Below, piece by piece: positions 52,617-54,976 of a stretch of 54,976 nt of DNA. The notes beneath the pieces were generated by a model. The model searched no databases. It was given only the letters and a program-made list of their open reading frames with translations, and was not told the origin of the DNA. The DNA is from a virus, in IMG/VR virus record IMGVR_UViG_3300012117_000001, positions 1 through 54,976 of that record; one strand, 5' to 3'. Numbering within the stretch: position 1 is the first letter of the stretch; each line of letters begins with the position of its first letter. Position numbers and translations under genes: made by a program.

Positions 52617-52931
52617 TTATTTATTTAAATTTTTACCAACAAAAGTGTCAAAGATATTTGTGATAACTTTCAATAGGTACTTACTACCTACACCGCCAAT
52701 GACCATGCAAAGTAGAATTGCTGAGTCATGGTTAGCTGCATAGACCTTGGTGAAGTATTCTGTGTGAAGAACCGCAAGAGAAAAGACTCCACACAGAGCA
52801 CTGTCAATGATTACAGTCCCGAAATTATCATGATTTAGGATGCCGCGAAGAAATGAGATTACGATCGTAAGAATAATACTTGAACCTTCATTCCCAATAT
52901 ATTGCGCGATGGATGAGATACGATTTAGCAT
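52617..52931 (-). CDS. Holin (lambda S-like)
   Basis: 104 aa with three hydrophobic segments. The blocks FLRGILNHDNFGTVIIDSALCGV and MVIGGVGSKYLLKVITNIF parallel lambda S blocks [23 protein letters not shown] and VFIGYIGTDSIGSLIKRF. Confidence 0.7.
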   Translation of the reverse strand: MLNRISSIAQYIGNEGSSIILTIVISFLRGILNHDNFGTVIIDSALCGVFSLAVLHTEYFTKVYAANHDSAILLCMVIGGVGSKYLLKVITNIFDTFVGKNLNK

Positions 52932-52994
52932 AATATTTATTTTAAGTTAATTAAGATTCTCCCCAATATTAGTTTTGACTGATACTGTACTGTT

Positions 52995-53933
52995 TCAATC
53001 CATTAAGTTAACGACGTTTTCTGCCTTAATGTGTGTGTATTTTGCCAACATAGTAATACTTTTGTGGCCTGATATGCATTGTAATTGCAGTGCACTCAGA
53101 CCCTTTTCGGCATATCTTGTTATGCAAGTGTGCCGCAGTGAGTGGAAACATGCGCCAATTACTCCGGCTTTATTACATGCCCTTTCAAATGCTTTAGATA
53201 CACTTTTCGGTTTAACTCCGAATAGGCAAGAAGTGGGAGTACATTTATCACAGAGACCTTTTAAAATTGATTCCGCATTTGTTGAAAGAGGGACGCTTCG
53301 ACTCTCCCCATTCTTAGTGACACCACCACTGAGATGGACTATTTTCTTATCGAAAAATACCATTTTAGGTGTGATTGAAAGAATTTCATTCCTCCGCATT
53401 GCGGTCTCATAGGCTACTATTGCGATGCTTTGCATCTGAGGTGATAGGAATTTCAATATTTTTTCGAATTCAACTTTAGTGAGAACTCTATCTCTTGGCT
53501 TGCTTGCTTTAGGTTTCCTAACATCGGCAGTAACGTCAAAATCAACTAATGTTAATTCTTTCGCCCATCTTAAAAACCGGGATAAGAGTTGAATTTCTAA
53601 TCTTACTGTAGTTGTAGATACCTCCATCAACCTCTTATCTCTATATTCAACAACTCTTAACTTCGTAATGTTTCTTAAATCTTCTTGAAAGAAACGTGAA
53701 AGAGTGTTCAACTTAAACTTGATTGTTTCATAACCTCCACGTTGCACCCCCTTTACTGTCATCACATTAAGTAGATATTTATCCGACAAGGAAGCTAAGT
53801 TATTAATTTTACCGTTCTCATTTATCCATTTTTGGGCATCCTTAAGATTACTGAATGTTTTAGCAAGCTTTAGATCGTTAACTTTAATGCGAGCTTGGTA
53901 ATTCCCAGATGGGAGTATTCTGACATTTCCCAT
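52995..53933 (-). CDS. int: Tyrosine integrase
   Basis: 312 aa with the C-terminal catalytic pattern HSLRHTCITRYAEKG..SGHKSITMLAKYTH (R..HxxR..Y). Confidence 0.85.
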   Translation of the reverse strand: MGNVRILPSGNYQARIKVNDLKLAKTFSNLKDAQKWINENGKINNLASLSDKYLLNVMTVKGVQRGGYETIKFKLNTLSRFFQEDLRNITKLRVVEYRDKRLMEVSTTTVRLEIQLLSRFLRWAKELTLVDFDVTADVRKPKASKPRDRVLTKVEFEKILKFLSPQMQSIAIVAYETAMRRNEILSITPKMVFFDKKIVHLSGGVTKNGESRSVPLSTNAESILKGLCDKCTPTSCLFGVKPKSVSKAFERACNKAGVIGACFHSLRHTCITRYAEKGLSALQLQCISGHKSITMLAKYTHIKAENVVNLMD

Positions 53934-53987
53934 GCATACCCCTTCTAATCTATATTATGAATAAGCCCACTAAATTAGGTGCTCAAT

Positions 53988-54659
53988 ATGCCTACGCTAT
54001 TCCACAGACCTCTAGTACATAAGACGACAATGTTTGAATTTATTCGTGATTCTAAGCCAATAAAAGATATAGAAATCCTTATTGATGCATTACTGCCTTT
54101 CTCCCAGATTGCACATTTAAAATCAAATCAAAGATATGAATTAGCACACAACGGGGAGGATATCTGCTGGCTGATACTTAAAGGTTCGTTGACTGTTAGG
54201 AGGGCCACTGATGACCTAATCATGTGCAGGATGACCCCTCCTGCAATACTCGGGCTTGCATTGATTACATACCCAAGTACGAATCTTTACCTACAGGTTG
54301 ATGACAGGTCAGAGGTAGCAACCCTGCCCATCGAAGTTCTTGAATCGACGCTAGACAAGTATCAATTATGGAAGTCTGTAGCTAGTGTTCAGGCATATGT
54401 AACTCAAGCGCTAGTAATTAGGGAGTCAACGTTAGTAGTTAGGTCTGCTTATGAAATTATCTGCAATCAACTACATTACCTCATGGGGGAACCCATCCAA
54501 CATCGCCGCGCATACACTGTCACCAACTACATCCTTCAACGAACCCATATATCGAGAAGTAGCATAGTTAAGATACTCCGTCAGTTACAGGATGGTGGAT
54601 ACATTGTTATGAAGAACAACAAGTTGGTGTCTATAAATTCCCTCCCAGAAGGTTACTAA
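53988..54659 (+). CDS. Crp/Fnr-like transcription regulator (candidate lysogeny regulator)
   Basis: 223 aa from ATG 53988, with AGGT 7 nt upstream; GTG 53979 is an alternative start. It has an N-terminal beta-roll-like region (ICWLILKGSLTVRR) and a C-terminal HTH (RTHISRSSIVKILRQLQDGGYIV). It is divergent from int. Confidence 0.6.
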   Translation: MPTLFHRPLVHKTTMFEFIRDSKPIKDIEILIDALLPFSQIAHLKSNQRYELAHNGEDICWLILKGSLTVRRATDDLIMCRMTPPAILGLALITYPSTNLYLQVDDRSEVATLPIEVLESTLDKYQLWKSVASVQAYVTQALVIRESTLVVRSAYEIICNQLHYLMGEPIQHRRAYTVTNYILQRTHISRSSIVKILRQLQDGGYIVMKNNKLVSINSLPEGY

Positions 54660-54716
54660 TTCGTGCCAAACACTTTATCAAAAAATACTCTTAACTCGTT
54701 GTAAATCAATAATAAA

Positions 54717-54754
54717 GTGACTCCAAGAAACGAACCTATTAAGTCTGGAGTCAC
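54717..54754 (+). terminator. 9-bp stem hairpin downstream of the regulator gene
   Basis: GTGACTCCA (54717-54725) pairs with TGGAGTCAC (54746-54754) around a 20-nt loop. No U tract. Confidence 0.25.
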
Positions 54755-54863
54755 AGAAAGAATGAATAAAGAAAAATGAAGGAGTTATGACGGACATTGG
54801 CGCCTGAAGCATTGGTCATAAAAACAGCACACATAATGATATAGCGCATATTTTCGACTGAAC

Positions 54864-54976
54864 ACATCGTTGTAGCTTATAAATTGGCGAAAATATCTCC
54901 CGTTTTGCCACCTGAATACATTAATTTCAATAACGTGCTTTCAGCCCTAAAGAAAATTTTGGTTATGCCGACATCT
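54864..54976. repeat. Terminal direct repeat, right copy (exact duplicate of 1..113)
   Basis: Identical to positions 1-113. Confidence 0.95.

Noticed and set aside
53543-53551. Exact CATTAGTTG copy inside the integrase gene, and an 8/9 copy at 11126-11133 inside the tape measure gene
   Set aside because: Both lie within coding sequence, lack the downstream GTGG element and have no gene start nearby. They are treated as chance or at best cryptic sites, and are kept out of the promoter list.

Overview
The window is an essentially complete, terminally redundant phage genome. The first 113 nt are repeated exactly as the last 113 nt, leaving 54,863 bp of unique sequence. It looks like a temperate phage with a contractile tail. 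Almost every gene is on the minus strand, so expression runs from high to low coordinates:

- **Lysogeny/lysis corner (51.9-54.7 kb):** Crp/Fnr-like regulator, tyrosine integrase, lambda-S-like holin, SleB-like endolysin.
- **RNA polymerase (49.6-51.5 kb):** a compact 627-aa T7-family single-subunit RNAP.
- **Control region (47.9-49.6 kb):** a 1.7-kb ORF-free, repeat-dense tract.
- **Small early genes:** an ArdA-like protein, two large repeat-domain paralogues and an SSB-tipped protein.
- **39.3-40.4 kb:** two stem-rich non-coding tracts flanking a tiny acidic ORF.
- **37.4-39.3 kb:** a lipoprotein and a TerC / TerB / 46-aa-peptide membrane cassette.
- **Nucleotide metabolism:** NrdD, a ThyX-like protein, dUTPase, dNMP kinase.
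- **T7-like replication:** gp4-like primase-helicase, family A DNA polymerase, FEN, minimal ligase, HNH.
- **Below 24.1 kb:** one ~24-kb morphogenesis operon (terminase, portal, scaffold, capsid, sheath, tube, G/GT chaperones, multidomain tape measure, baseplate, fibres).

The strongest sequence-level signal is a same-strand 9-mer, CATTAGTTG. It recurs upstream of gene blocks and is the likely promoter set for the phage RNAP.

Other notable items:

- an ACATGC/palindrome array in the coding desert
- a YqaJ-like nuclease block inside the tape measure
- oppositely oriented or inserted morons in the tail module
- a gene-conversion tract between the two paralogues
- a degenerate ThyX active-site motif

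I found no tRNA, rRNA, CRISPR array, reverse transcriptase or transposase. All family assignments rest on motifs read by eye and on gene order. No database search was possible, so novelty cannot be verified here.
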